Assembly (NCBI GenBank): GCA_003212275.1
Contig: QCQE01000004.1
Location: 3,238-67,237, forward strand
Origin: Pelagibacteraceae bacterium AG-447-N18
GTDB lineage: Bacteria > Pseudomonadota > Alphaproteobacteria > Pelagibacterales > Pelagibacteraceae
Direction of reading: 5' to 3'
DNA: 64,000 bases
The translations under genes were made by a program, and so were the position numbers. Every line of letters begins with the position of its first letter. Positions within the stretch are counted from its first letter, which is position 1. The notes beneath the pieces were generated by a model, which worked only from the letters and a program-made list of their open reading frames with translations, did no database searches and was not told where the DNA came from. This document shows positions 36,859-46,841 of the stretch, one piece after another.

Positions 36859-38544
36859 ATGGTTCTTAAAAATATAAAATTTATACTAATTATATTATTA
36901 TTTTATCAGAACACTTTGTTTACGAAAAGTAATTCTTTTGAAAAGATTGATTCTAAAAATTTATCAAAATATTTTTCAGGTATTGTTGCTTTTGGTAATA
37001 AAAAAAATTCTGAAGCTTTAGATTTTTTTAATTCATCTAAAATTTTGATCAATAATCATGATCCATTTTTAAAAAGGTATGTATCTTCATTAGTATTAGA
37101 GAATAAAGTATTGCAAGCGATACAAATTATTAAACAAAATTATGAGAATGAAAATATAGATTTTTTCGACTCTTATTTATTATTAATAATTGATAGTTTA
37201 AAAAAAAATGAGTTAGACATTGCCTATGAATATATTTCTATTGCAAATAACTTTGCAGAACAGGACAGGTTTAATTTAGCAATTTTAGAAAGCTTAAAAC
37301 AATATGTTTACCTCTTTAAAGAAAAAAAATTTTTAGACGATAAGAAAAACTTTGGGAGACTATCTTATATTTCAGAAACATTTCAAAAGTGTTATTTGGA
37401 TGATCCTAATACAGGGAGATATTTCTCAAAATTGATAAATGATCCTGAGTCTGATTTTACTAGGTATATTTATTTTTATATAAGTTACTTAGTTGAAAAT
37501 GGAAACATAAACGAAGCAAAAGTAATTACCGATGAAATAGAATTTTTAAATTCAACATTGCTACTATCACAAGGTAAAAGTTGGATTGACAATGGAAACT
37601 TGCAAAAATTTAAAGAGGTCTTTTCATGTAAAAATCATAATGATTTAATTGCTGAATTTTTGTTTTTAATATCAAATCTGTATTCTGCGCAAGACAATTA
37701 CGAGATGTCAAATTTTTACTTAAATTTATCAAATTTTCTTAATCCAAGATTTGTATTTAATCTATCACTAGTTGCGGAAAATCATTATTTTAATAAAGAT
37801 TATGAAAAGGCAAAAAAGGTTCTTAAAAAATTTAAAAAGGATGATGATTTTTATTATTGGTTTAGATTAAAAAAAGAAGCGCAAATAATTTCAGCGCAGA
37901 GAAATAATCAAGAGTCTCTTAACTTTATCAAATTTAATTTTGATAAAATTGAAAATCCAAATGAAAAAATATTATTTGATGTTGCTAATTTTTATAAAAA
38001 AGCAAAAAATTACGAAGAAGCAATAGGTTATTACTCTAAAATTATTGAAAATTTGGATGATAATTCGGATATCAAGTCAGATATTCTTTATCGAAGAGGA
38101 GGCACATATGAACGAATTAAAAATTATGAAAAAGCCGATAAAGATTTAATTGATGCACTTCAAATTACACCTGACGATGCTTATATACTAAATTACCTTG
38201 CTTATTCATGGCTTGAGAGGGATTATAAAATTAATGAAGCGATTAAAATGCTTGAAACAGCCTACGAACTTGAGAGTGATGATCCATATATAATAGACTC
38301 TATTGGTTGGGCTTATTATTTAACTGATGATTATCCAAGAGCTGAAAAATTTTTGAAAAGAGCCGTAGAATTGATGCCGGATGATCCGATAGTGAATGAC
38401 CATTACGGCGATATTTTGTGGAAGCTCAATAGAAAAATCCAGGCTAGATATTTTTGGACCAATGTATTGAAAATGAAAGATACTGAAAAAGAATTAATTG
38501 AAAAAATTAATGTTAAGATGATCGAAGGTCTTAAAAGCTCTTAA
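36859..38544 (+). CDS. TPR-repeat protein (periplasmic/secreted)
   Basis: Signal-like N-terminus and multiple TPR-like repeats in the C-terminal half; upstream of ispE. Confidence 0.7.
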   Translation: MVLKNIKFILIILLFYQNTLFTKSNSFEKIDSKNLSKYFSGIVAFGNKKNSEALDFFNSSKILINNHDPFLKRYVSSLVLENKVLQAIQIIKQNYENENIDFFDSYLLLIIDSLKKNELDIAYEYISIANNFAEQDRFNLAILESLKQYVYLFKEKKFLDDKKNFGRLSYISETFQKCYLDDPNTGRYFSKLINDPESDFTRYIYFYISYLVENGNINEAKVITDEIEFLNSTLLLSQGKSWIDNGNLQKFKEVFSCKNHNDLIAEFLFLISNLYSAQDNYEMSNFYLNLSNFLNPRFVFNLSLVAENHYFNKDYEKAKKVLKKFKKDDDFYYWFRLKKEAQIISAQRNNQESLNFIKFNFDKIENPNEKILFDVANFYKKAKNYEEAIGYYSKIIENLDDNSDIKSDILYRRGGTYERIKNYEKADKDLIDALQITPDDAYILNYLAYSWLERDYKINEAIKMLETAYELESDDPYIIDSIGWAYYLTDDYPRAEKFLKRAVELMPDDPIVNDHYGDILWKLNRKIQARYFWTNVLKMKDTEKELIEKINVKMIEGLKSS

Positions 38545-39389
38545 TGCCTTTTTCCAGAATAAAATCACACGCGAAATTAAATTTGGCATTAAATGTTATA
38601 AGCAAAAGTAAATCTTTGCACAATATAGAGAGCATAATAAGCTTCGTAGATTTGCACGACATAATTTTGATCAAAGAAATTAAATCAAAAAAACATTTAA
38701 TTTCATTCAATGGAAAATTTTCTCGAAGGATAGGTAGGAAAAACACTGTTTCTAAATTATTTGAAATCTTAGACAAAAAAAAAATTTTGAAAAACCAAAG
38801 ATTTCAAATCAAAATCAAAAAATCTATACCTGATAAAGCTGGTCTTGGCGGTGGCTCAATGAATGCAGCAAGTATACTAAGATATTTGGCTCATAAGAGA
38901 ATAATCAATATCAAAAATAAGGAAATGTTAAAAATTTCTAAGTTAATTGGCTCTGATGTGATGTTAGGCTTAAATCATAAAAGTAAGATTTTAAATTCAA
39001 GAAATAAAATAAAGTATTTCAATAATGTAAAAAAAATTTACCCATTAATCGTAAAACCAAATTTTGGTTGTTCGACTAAGGATATTTATTCAAAGGTTAG
39101 AAAGTTTGATAAAGCAAAATTTGGCAAGGGAGCCAAAAAAATGTTTGATATCAATTTTTTAAAAGATATGAAAAATTCCTTAGAAACAATAGCTTTTTTA
39201 AAATACCCAAGATTAAAAAATATGAAACTTTATTTAGAGAATTCTCTAAACCCAGTTTTTGTAAGAATGACAGGATCGGGATCAGCTTTAGTTGCATATT
39301 ATCAAACAAAAAAAAGATGTGAACGTGCGAAAAAAAGGTTTATTCAAAAATACAAAAATATCTGGTGTATAGCCTCAAAAACTATATAA
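38544..39389 (+). CDS. ispE: 4-diphosphocytidyl-2-C-methyl-D-erythritol kinase
   Basis: AKLNLALNV start and GHMP kinase motif PDKAGLGGGSMNAA. Confidence 0.9.
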   Translation: MPFSRIKSHAKLNLALNVISKSKSLHNIESIISFVDLHDIILIKEIKSKKHLISFNGKFSRRIGRKNTVSKLFEILDKKKILKNQRFQIKIKKSIPDKAGLGGGSMNAASILRYLAHKRIINIKNKEMLKISKLIGSDVMLGLNHKSKILNSRNKIKYFNNVKKIYPLIVKPNFGCSTKDIYSKVRKFDKAKFGKGAKKMFDINFLKDMKNSLETIAFLKYPRLKNMKLYLENSLNPVFVRMTGSGSALVAYYQTKKRCERAKKRFIQKYKNIWCIASKTI

Positions 39390-39422
39390 ATTTGATTTTT
39401 TTGTGTTATACGAACTTAATAT

Positions 39423-39496
39423 TGGGGCGTAGCCAAGCGGTAAGGCACGGGTTTTTGGTACCTGCATCCTAGGTTCGAATCCTAGCGCCCCAGCCA
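39423..39496 (+). tRNA. tRNA-Gln (anticodon UUG), CCA encoded
   Basis: 74-nt cloverleaf TGGGGCG/CGCCCCA acceptor, D-arm GCCAAGCGGTAAGGC, anticodon loop TTTTGGT, T-arm TAGGTTCGAATCCTA. It resembles E. coli tRNA-Gln as I remember it. Confidence 0.92.
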
Positions 39497-39499
39497 AGT

Positions 39500-40774
39500 A
39501 TGAAAAATTTTTTAGATACAATTTTTTTTAGATCAAATAATTTAAATTATATAAGTCAAACTATTCGAGATTTAACAAAAAATACTCCAGCAAATAAAAT
39601 ATTTAAAGCCATAAATTCTTATTCATCAGATAGTGAAGTAAGATTTGTAGGAGGTTGCATAAGAAAAATCATTAATAAAGAAATAGTAAATGATATTGAT
39701 ATGGCTACAAATCTTGATCCTCAAAAGGTTTGTGAAGTTTTGAAAGAAAATAAAATTGATTTTTACGAAACTGGTATTGAACATGGAACAATTACAGCAC
39801 TTATAGAAGGGTACAAATTTGAGATTACCTCATTGAGAGAAGATATTTTAACAGATGGAAGACATGCAAAAGTGAAATTTTCAAAAAATTGGAAAGAGGA
39901 TGCATTAAGAAGGGATTTTACCATCAATTCCATATACGCGGATGAAGATGGAAACTTGTTCGATCCTTTTGAGGGTAAAAAAGACTTAGAAAACGGTTTC
40001 GTAAATTTTATAGGAGACGCTGATAAAAGAATTAAAGAAGATTATTTGAGAATTTTAAGATATTTAAGATTTTTCGCTCATTACTCAAAGCATCCGCATA
40101 ATCCAGAATTAATCAGAAAACTTAAAATTAATATCGGTGGTATCTCAAAATTATCTAAAGAGAGACTATTAGATGAGTTAAAAAAAATAACTCACTTAGA
40201 AATATTAGAAAAATTAGCTGATGATAAATTGAGCTCAGAATTATTTTTAATTGTTTTTCCTGAATTAAATAATTTAAAAACCTTTTCAAAATTAAACTCA
40301 AAAAAAAAACAAATAATTAATAAGGCTGATTTTGTCTTTCTATTATCTTTAATGATTATTGATGAGACAGATAATGCGGATTATTTTATGTACAAATTTA
40401 ATATTTCTAAAAAAGATAAAAAAAGAATTAAAATTATTGATAATTTTTTTAAGGAAAAAATTGGACCAAAAACTTTTAGAGAGGAAAACTTTAATGGTAT
40501 TTTTTATTATAATGGAAAACAAGCTGTAACTGATATTCTCAATTATTATTTAATAAAATCAAAAAAAAATTCTGAAAATATTCAAAGATTAATTGATTTC
40601 TACAAAGATAAAACAATACCAAAAATGCCTGTGGGTGCAGAATTTTTAATGGAAAAATTCAATATTCCTGAGGGTAAACAATTGGGTGTAAAATTAAAAA
40701 TAATTGAAGAAGAATGGGTGAAAAATAATTTTCAAATTTCAGATAAACAAGTAAGTCAAATTGTTAACAATTAG
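39500..40774 (+). CDS. cca: tRNA nucleotidyltransferase (CCA-adding enzyme) / poly(A) polymerase family
   Basis: VGGCIRK...NDIDMAT nucleotidyltransferase motif and RRDFTINS motif. Confidence 0.88.
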   Translation: MKNFLDTIFFRSNNLNYISQTIRDLTKNTPANKIFKAINSYSSDSEVRFVGGCIRKIINKEIVNDIDMATNLDPQKVCEVLKENKIDFYETGIEHGTITALIEGYKFEITSLREDILTDGRHAKVKFSKNWKEDALRRDFTINSIYADEDGNLFDPFEGKKDLENGFVNFIGDADKRIKEDYLRILRYLRFFAHYSKHPHNPELIRKLKINIGGISKLSKERLLDELKKITHLEILEKLADDKLSSELFLIVFPELNNLKTFSKLNSKKKQIINKADFVFLLSLMIIDETDNADYFMYKFNISKKDKKRIKIIDNFFKEKIGPKTFREENFNGIFYYNGKQAVTDILNYYLIKSKKNSENIQRLIDFYKDKTIPKMPVGAEFLMEKFNIPEGKQLGVKLKIIEEEWVKNNFQISDKQVSQIVNN

Positions 40775-41247
40775 ATATATTTTACGTCTTTAATTTCAAA
40801 ATTTTTGACCCCGGCAGGAGTTTTTATTTCAACTAAATCATTTTTATTTTTTCCTATTAAACCTTTACCTATAGGCGATTGAAAATAAATTAATTTTTGT
40901 TTGAGATCAGCTTCATCTTTTCCTACAATCTTATAATTTATTTTTTCTCCAGTATCTAAATTTTCTAAAAACACAGTCGAGCCAAAGATAACTTTTCCAT
41001 CATTATTTAATTTCGTAACATCAATGACATTTGCTCTAGCAATGATATCATTAATTTCAGTAATCCTTCCTTCATTATGAGACTGCTCTTCTTTTGCAGC
41101 GTGGTACTCTGCATTTTCTTTTAGATCACCATGTGACCTCGCTTCAGCAATCGCCGCTACAATCTCAGGTCTTTTTTTTTCTTTTAAAAAGATTAATTCA
41201 TCTTTAAGTTTATTTAGGCCATTTAAAGTAATTGGTTCTTTGTCCAT
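40771..41247 (-). CDS. greA: Transcription elongation factor GreA
   Basis: GDLKENAEYHAAKEEQ motif; 158 aa. Confidence 0.95.
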   Translation of the reverse strand: MDKEPITLNGLNKLKDELIFLKEKKRPEIVAAIAEARSHGDLKENAEYHAAKEEQSHNEGRITEINDIIARANVIDVTKLNNDGKVIFGSTVFLENLDTGEKINYKIVGKDEADLKQKLIYFQSPIGKGLIGKNKNDLVEIKTPAGVKNFEIKDVKYI

Positions 41248-41248
41248 G

Positions 41249-42076
41249 TTATTTCCATTTTGCTAACGGAGGTAATGACATTAAAATACCTTCAACGTTT
41301 CCACCAGTTTGCAAACCAAATTTTGTTCCTCGGTCATAGAGTAAGTTAAATTCTGTATAACGACCTCTTTTTATGAATTGTAATTCTTTATGTTTTTTAT
41401 TCCACTTTTTCTTCATTTTTTTTCTAATGATTTTTTCAAAAATAAATTGAAAAGTGATCCCCACATCTCTTACAAATTTAAAATCTTTCTCAAAATTATC
41501 TTTTTTATAATCAAAAAAAATTCCACCAATACCTCTTGGTTCTTTTCTATGAGGTAAATAAAAATATTCATCACACCATTTCTTATATTTAGTGTAATAT
41601 TTCTTATTATGTTGATCACACATTTTTTTTAGGGTTTTATGAAATTCTTTTTTTTCCTTATCATCTTTTATTGATGGGGTTACATCCATACCACCACCAA
41701 ACCAGTCCTGAGTTGTGCAGATATATCTTGTATTAAAATGCATGGCAGGGATCATGGGATTTTTCATATGCATCACAACGGAAATACCAGAGGCCCAAAA
41801 ACTGGGATTTTTTTTTGCACCTAAAATATTTTTTTGAAATTGTTTTGGGAATTTTCCATGAACTTTAGAAAAATTTACTCCAACTTTATCAAATATTCTT
41901 CCATTTTCTAAAATTCTAAATTCTCCACCTCCTTCGTCTCTTTTTTTACTTCTGTTCCAAACAGTAGTTTTGATATCCGCATCTTTTCTTTCTAGGTTGG
42001 TTATAGTATGCCAAATAGCTTCTTGTAGCATTTTGAACCAATTACTTGTGATGTCTTTTTTAATTTCTAAATCCAT
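41249..42076 (-). CDS. hemF: Oxygen-dependent coproporphyrinogen III oxidase
   Basis: GGGMDVTP, HRKEPRGIGGIFFD and RGTKFGL motifs. Confidence 0.93.
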   Translation of the reverse strand: MDLEIKKDITSNWFKMLQEAIWHTITNLERKDADIKTTVWNRSKKRDEGGGEFRILENGRIFDKVGVNFSKVHGKFPKQFQKNILGAKKNPSFWASGISVVMHMKNPMIPAMHFNTRYICTTQDWFGGGMDVTPSIKDDKEKKEFHKTLKKMCDQHNKKYYTKYKKWCDEYFYLPHRKEPRGIGGIFFDYKKDNFEKDFKFVRDVGITFQFIFEKIIRKKMKKKWNKKHKELQFIKRGRYTEFNLLYDRGTKFGLQTGGNVEGILMSLPPLAKWK

Positions 42077-42077
42077 A

Positions 42078-42551
42078 TTAGATTAATTTAGTTTGTTTTA
42101 AACTTTCTGCCAATATGATTGCAACAGAAGATGCAATATTAAGTGAGCGTTTATTGTTTTTCATAGGAATTTTGAGTCTATCTTTAATTTTTTTGTGAAC
42201 CTCATTTGGCACTCCGGCACTTTCTCTACCAAAAAGAATAGTGTCATTTTTATTAAACTTAAATTTTGTGTAAGAAACAGACGCTTTTGTGGTCATTAGA
42301 ACTATTCTTTGATCTTTTTTCGATTTAAAAAAATCATCTGAGCTTTGATGGAATTTTATGTCTTTTTCATTCATATAATCCATAACGACTCGCTTAAATC
42401 TTCTGTCACTCAGCATAAACCCGCAAGGCTCTATTATTTCAAGTTTTGCACCTAGGCACGCACAGGTTCTGATTATTGCTGCTGTATTTTGAGGTATGTC
42501 TGGTTCAAATAAAGCAATTTTAGGGCCATGATTTATCAAATTCTGTGTCAT
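42078..42551 (-). CDS. trmL: SpoU/TrmL-type tRNA 2'-O-methyltransferase
   Basis: 157-aa SPOUT fold with EPDIPQNTAAIIRTC and FGRESAGVP. Confidence 0.8.
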   Translation of the reverse strand: MTQNLINHGPKIALFEPDIPQNTAAIIRTCACLGAKLEIIEPCGFMLSDRRFKRVVMDYMNEKDIKFHQSSDDFFKSKKDQRIVLMTTKASVSYTKFKFNKNDTILFGRESAGVPNEVHKKIKDRLKIPMKNNKRSLNIASSVAIILAESLKQTKLI

Positions 42552-42641
42552 TCTTTCAGTAGTAAATTTATCATTTTATATTATATGAAATCATATATTT
42601 AAGTAGAAAAAAGCAATATTGAGTATATTTAACTATTACTG

Positions 42642-43151
42642 ATGTCAGAAAAAAAAACTAATAGACGAGATTTCTTATTCACAGCAACTTATGCAGTTGG
42701 TGCGGTTGGTGTTGGTGCAACGATATGGCCAATGATTGATCAGATGAACCCAGACGCATCAGTCAAAGCTTTAGCGAGCACCGAGGTTGATGTTAGTTCG
42801 GTTAATCCAGGTAAAACAATTACAGTTTTATGGAGAGGTAAACCAGTTTTTATTCGTAGAAGAACACAAGACGAGATAGCTGAAGCAAGAGCTGTAAAGT
42901 TAGAAGATTTAAAACATCCTGAAAAAGATGAGGATCGTGCAGCAAACCCCGAGTGGTTAGTTATGCTTGGAGTGTGCACTCACTTAGGCTGTGTTCCTTT
43001 AGATCAAAAAGGCGAATACAATGGATGGTTTTGTCCTTGTCATGGTTCGCACTATGATATCTCTGGAAGAATTAGAAAGGGACCAGCTCCGACTAATATG
43101 GAGATCCCTAAATACGAATTTGTTAATGCTAATACAATTAAAATTGGATAA
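42642..43151 (+). CDS. petA: Ubiquinol-cytochrome c reductase Rieske iron-sulfur subunit
   Basis: Tat-like RRDFL N-terminus; CTHLGC and CPCHGS Rieske boxes. Confidence 0.95.
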   Translation: MSEKKTNRRDFLFTATYAVGAVGVGATIWPMIDQMNPDASVKALASTEVDVSSVNPGKTITVLWRGKPVFIRRRTQDEIAEARAVKLEDLKHPEKDEDRAANPEWLVMLGVCTHLGCVPLDQKGEYNGWFCPCHGSHYDISGRIRKGPAPTNMEIPKYEFVNANTIKIG

Positions 43152-43156
43152 TTATT

Positions 43157-44419
43157 ATGAGTGATCACGAATACACACCGAAATCAAAATTTGGAAAATG
43201 GTTTAACGATCGTTTACCATTACTAACTCTTGCAAATCACTTAACTGATTATCCAACACCTAAAAATTTAAATTATTGGTGGACGTTTGGTGGAATATTA
43301 ACTTTTTGTTTGATTACTCAAATTGTAACGGGTTTAGTTCTTGCAATGCATTATATTGCTCATGCTGATATGGCTTTTGATAGTGTCGAGCATATTATGA
43401 GAGATGTTAATTATGGTTGGTTAATTAGATACATTCATGCAAATGGTGCTTCAATGTTTTTTTTGGCTGTTTATATTCATATATTTAGATCATTGTTTTA
43501 TGGTTCTTACAAAGCTCCTAGGGAAATAATTTGGATAATAGGTATCATCATTTATTTATTAATGATGGCAGCTGCATTTTTGGGTTATGTACTTCCATGG
43601 GGCCAAATGAGTTTCTGGGGTGCAACTGTAATTACAAATCTATTTAGTGCAATTCCTTTAGTAGGCGAGGGTATTGTTACTTGGTTATGGGGAGGTTACT
43701 CAGTTGATAATCCTACTTTGACAAGATTTTTTACACTTCACTATTTAATACCTTTTTTAATTTTGGGTTTAGTTGTTCTTCATATATGGGCACTTCATGT
43801 CCCTGGAAATAATAATCCAGTTGGAATTGACATTAAAAAACCCTCAAAAGATACAGTACCATTCCATCCATACATTGTAATAAAAGATGGTTTTGCTTTA
43901 CTAATGTTTATGATTGTTTTTGCATTTTTTGTTTTTTACACGCCAAATATTTTAGGTCATGCAGATAATTATATTGAAGCTAATCCATTAGTTACTCCGG
44001 CACATATTGTTCCAGAGTGGTATTTATTACCATTCTATGCAATTTTGAGATCGGTCCCAGATAAACTTTTAGGAGTAGTTGCAATGTTATCTGCTATTTT
44101 AATTTTAGCAGCTCTTCCATGGCTTGATACTTCAAAAATTAGATCAGCAGTATTTAGACCTTTATATAGACAATTTTATTGGATCCTTGTCGCTGATGTT
44201 TTGATCCTGGGATATGTTGGTGCTATGCCAGCAGAGGGGTTATATCTGTTAGTTGCTAGAGTAGCTACAGCATACTATTTCTTACACTTTTTAGTGATAC
44301 TTCCAGTTTTAGGCTGGAAAGAAAAAACTCTTCCAATTCCATTAAGTATTACCGAACCGATACTAGGTGGTTCACCTAATTTAGCCACGGCAAAAAATAA
44401 GGAAAGTTTAAATAAATAA
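43157..44419 (+). CDS. petB: Cytochrome b
   Basis: Conserved bc1 cytochrome b sequence ([19 protein letters not shown]). Confidence 0.96.
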   Translation: MSDHEYTPKSKFGKWFNDRLPLLTLANHLTDYPTPKNLNYWWTFGGILTFCLITQIVTGLVLAMHYIAHADMAFDSVEHIMRDVNYGWLIRYIHANGASMFFLAVYIHIFRSLFYGSYKAPREIIWIIGIIIYLLMMAAAFLGYVLPWGQMSFWGATVITNLFSAIPLVGEGIVTWLWGGYSVDNPTLTRFFTLHYLIPFLILGLVVLHIWALHVPGNNNPVGIDIKKPSKDTVPFHPYIVIKDGFALLMFMIVFAFFVFYTPNILGHADNYIEANPLVTPAHIVPEWYLLPFYAILRSVPDKLLGVVAMLSAILILAALPWLDTSKIRSAVFRPLYRQFYWILVADVLILGYVGAMPAEGLYLLVARVATAYYFLHFLVILPVLGWKEKTLPIPLSITEPILGGSPNLATAKNKESLNK

Positions 44420-45199
44420 GTGAAAAATTTTTTTAAAATATTTTCATTTATTATCTTATTTTCTGTACTTTCATTGAGCACTCAAGCTGCAGAAAAAGTT
44501 GAATATTTAAAAACTGATTGGAGTTTTAAAGGTCTCTTTGGAAAGTTTGATCGAGCAGCACTTCAAAGAGGTTATCAAGTCTACACAGAGGTGTGCTCTT
44601 CTTGTCATTCAATGAAATATTTAAGTTATAGAAACTTAGCTGAAAAAGGGGGACCAGAATTTTCTATAGAGCAAGCAAAAGCTATTGCTGCATCTTTTGA
44701 GGTCAAAGATGGACCTAATTCAGACGGTGATATGTTTACTCGTCCAGGCAGATTATCAGATAAGTTTGTAATGCCCTATGACAACGTTCAAGCTGCTCAA
44801 GCCGCAAATGGAGGGGCTTATCCACCAGATATGTCCGTATTAGTTAAAGCAAGAGGGGGTGGGGTAGATTATATTTATTCATTGCTTCAAGGATATGAGG
44901 ACCCACCAGCTGGAGTTACTTTAGATGATGGTGTGTATTATAATAAATACATGTATGGAAATAAAATTAAAATGGCTAACCAGTTATCAGATGGATTAGT
45001 AGAATACTCAGATGGCACAACAGCTTCTGTTGAGCAAATGTCAAAAGATGTAACAACATTCTTGATGTGGTCAGCTGAACCTCATTTAGAGTCAAGACAT
45101 CAAATGGGTTTTAAAGCTATCGTGTATTTAATTATTTTAACAATCCTAGTTTATTTTAGTATGAAAAGAATATGGTCACGTATTGAAACGGAAGTTTAG
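44420..45199 (+). CDS. petC: Cytochrome c1
   Basis: GTG start, signal peptide, CSSCHS heme site, C-terminal TM anchor. Confidence 0.92.
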   Translation: MKNFFKIFSFIILFSVLSLSTQAAEKVEYLKTDWSFKGLFGKFDRAALQRGYQVYTEVCSSCHSMKYLSYRNLAEKGGPEFSIEQAKAIAASFEVKDGPNSDGDMFTRPGRLSDKFVMPYDNVQAAQAANGGAYPPDMSVLVKARGGGVDYIYSLLQGYEDPPAGVTLDDGVYYNKYMYGNKIKMANQLSDGLVEYSDGTTASVEQMSKDVTTFLMWSAEPHLESRHQMGFKAIVYLIILTILVYFSMKRIWSRIETEV

Positions 45200-46249
45200 A
45201 ACGTCTCCATCTTTAACTATATAATCTTTCCCTTCTAATCTCATTTTTCCGTTATTTTTTGAATTTACCCAACCATCATTGGATATGAAGTCATCGTAAG
45301 AAATAGTTTCAGCCCGAATAAATCCTTTTTCAAAATCAGTATGAATTTCACCTGCAGCTTTTGGAGCAGTGCAATTTTTTTCAATTGTCCATGCTCGAGT
45401 TTCTTCGGGCCCAGATGTAAAGTATGTATCTAGGTCAAGAATTTCGTAACCTTTCTTAATTAATTTATTCAATCCTGTTTCCTTTAATCCAATCATTTCC
45501 ATATAATTTTTTCTCTCATTGCTATCCAATTCATTTATTTGATTTTCTATGTCTGCAGAAACGATCAAAGTATTATTGTTTCCATACTTATCAATAAATG
45601 ATTGAGTGTAATTATTTCCACTTTGAACACTTTGTTCATCTACGTTACAAACAAAAATTTTAGGTTTAAGTGATAATAATCCAGATTGATTAAGTTGTTT
45701 TTTATTAAATTGGGTTCTTAAATCATCAAAACTTTTATTATTATTTATACAATCCATAGCTATTTCAAGAATTTTGATTTGATCCTCATCAACATTTTTT
45801 TTATTATTTTTTTCTAACCTTTTTTGAATAGATTCAAGATCTGCAAGCATCATCTCTGTTTCTATAATTTCTATATCTCTAACCGGGTCAACAGAAGGGT
45901 TTACATTTTGAATATCATTAGAGTCAAAGCACCTGATCATGTGAATAATTGCATCGACTTCTCTAATATGAGAAAGAAATTTATTACCCAAACCTTCACC
46001 TTTAGATGCGCCTTTTACCAATCCAGCAATATCAACAAAAGAGATAGTGGTATTGATTATTTTTTTTGATTTTGAAATTTTAGCTAAATTGTTTAATCTT
46101 TCATCAGGAACTATTACAACTCCAATATTTGGATCAATTGTACAAAAAGGAAAATTAGCAGCTTGTGCCTTACTGGAATTAGTTAGAGCATTGAAAAGAG
46201 TTGATTTACCAACATTAGGTAATCCAACAATCCCACATTTAAAACTCAT
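45176..46249 (-). CDS. ychF: Ribosome-binding ATPase YchF
   Basis: GIVGLPNVGKSTLFNALT and a C-terminal TGS-like domain. Confidence 0.95.
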   Translation of the reverse strand: MSFKCGIVGLPNVGKSTLFNALTNSSKAQAANFPFCTIDPNIGVVIVPDERLNNLAKISKSKKIINTTISFVDIAGLVKGASKGEGLGNKFLSHIREVDAIIHMIRCFDSNDIQNVNPSVDPVRDIEIIETEMMLADLESIQKRLEKNNKKNVDEDQIKILEIAMDCINNNKSFDDLRTQFNKKQLNQSGLLSLKPKIFVCNVDEQSVQSGNNYTQSFIDKYGNNNTLIVSADIENQINELDSNERKNYMEMIGLKETGLNKLIKKGYEILDLDTYFTSGPEETRAWTIEKNCTAPKAAGEIHTDFEKGFIRAETISYDDFISNDGWVNSKNNGKMRLEGKDYIVKDGDVLNFRFNT

Positions 46250-46809
46250 TATTTATTATTAACTGTGCTTGAAAATAAATCTAATTTTTTTTCTACAAGT
46301 ATCGAAAGTGACTCAGTTATATTTTTGGATATTTTTTCTACACCCATGATTTCTTCATCATCAAAGTTTTGTAAAACATAATCAGATACTTCAATAGGTC
46401 CTTTTGGTTTTCCTATACCAATTCTTACTCTCGAGTAATCTTTGCCAATAAATTTATCAATAGAAGATATACCATTGTGACCAGCACTTGATCCCCCAAA
46501 TTTCGCTTTTATTTTTCCAAATTCAACATCAAGATCATCATGAAAAACAATTACATTTTCTGGTTCAATTTTAAAATATTCAATTAGTTCTCTAATACAT
46601 ATTCCAGAGTTATTCATAAATGTTAAGGGCTTTATGGCATAAACTTTTTTACTATCAATATTACCAGTTGTTAACAAACCTTTGAATTTTGGTTTTTGTT
46701 TTGTAAGCCCGAACTTTTTATTGATGGAGTCTATAATTTTAAAACCAACATTATGTCTATTATTTTCACTATCTGGAGTTGGATTACCTAAACCTACAAA
46801 TAAAAGCAT
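46249..46809 (-). CDS. pth: Peptidyl-tRNA hydrolase
   Basis: VGLGNP...RHNVGF and GHNG motifs. Confidence 0.93.
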   Translation of the reverse strand: MLLFVGLGNPTPDSENNRHNVGFKIIDSINKKFGLTKQKPKFKGLLTTGNIDSKKVYAIKPLTFMNNSGICIRELIEYFKIEPENVIVFHDDLDVEFGKIKAKFGGSSAGHNGISSIDKFIGKDYSRVRIGIGKPKGPIEVSDYVLQNFDDEEIMGVEKISKNITESLSILVEKKLDLFSSTVNNK

Positions 46810-46841
46810 AAACTATTAATTAGAATTTCAAATTTAGTGGA

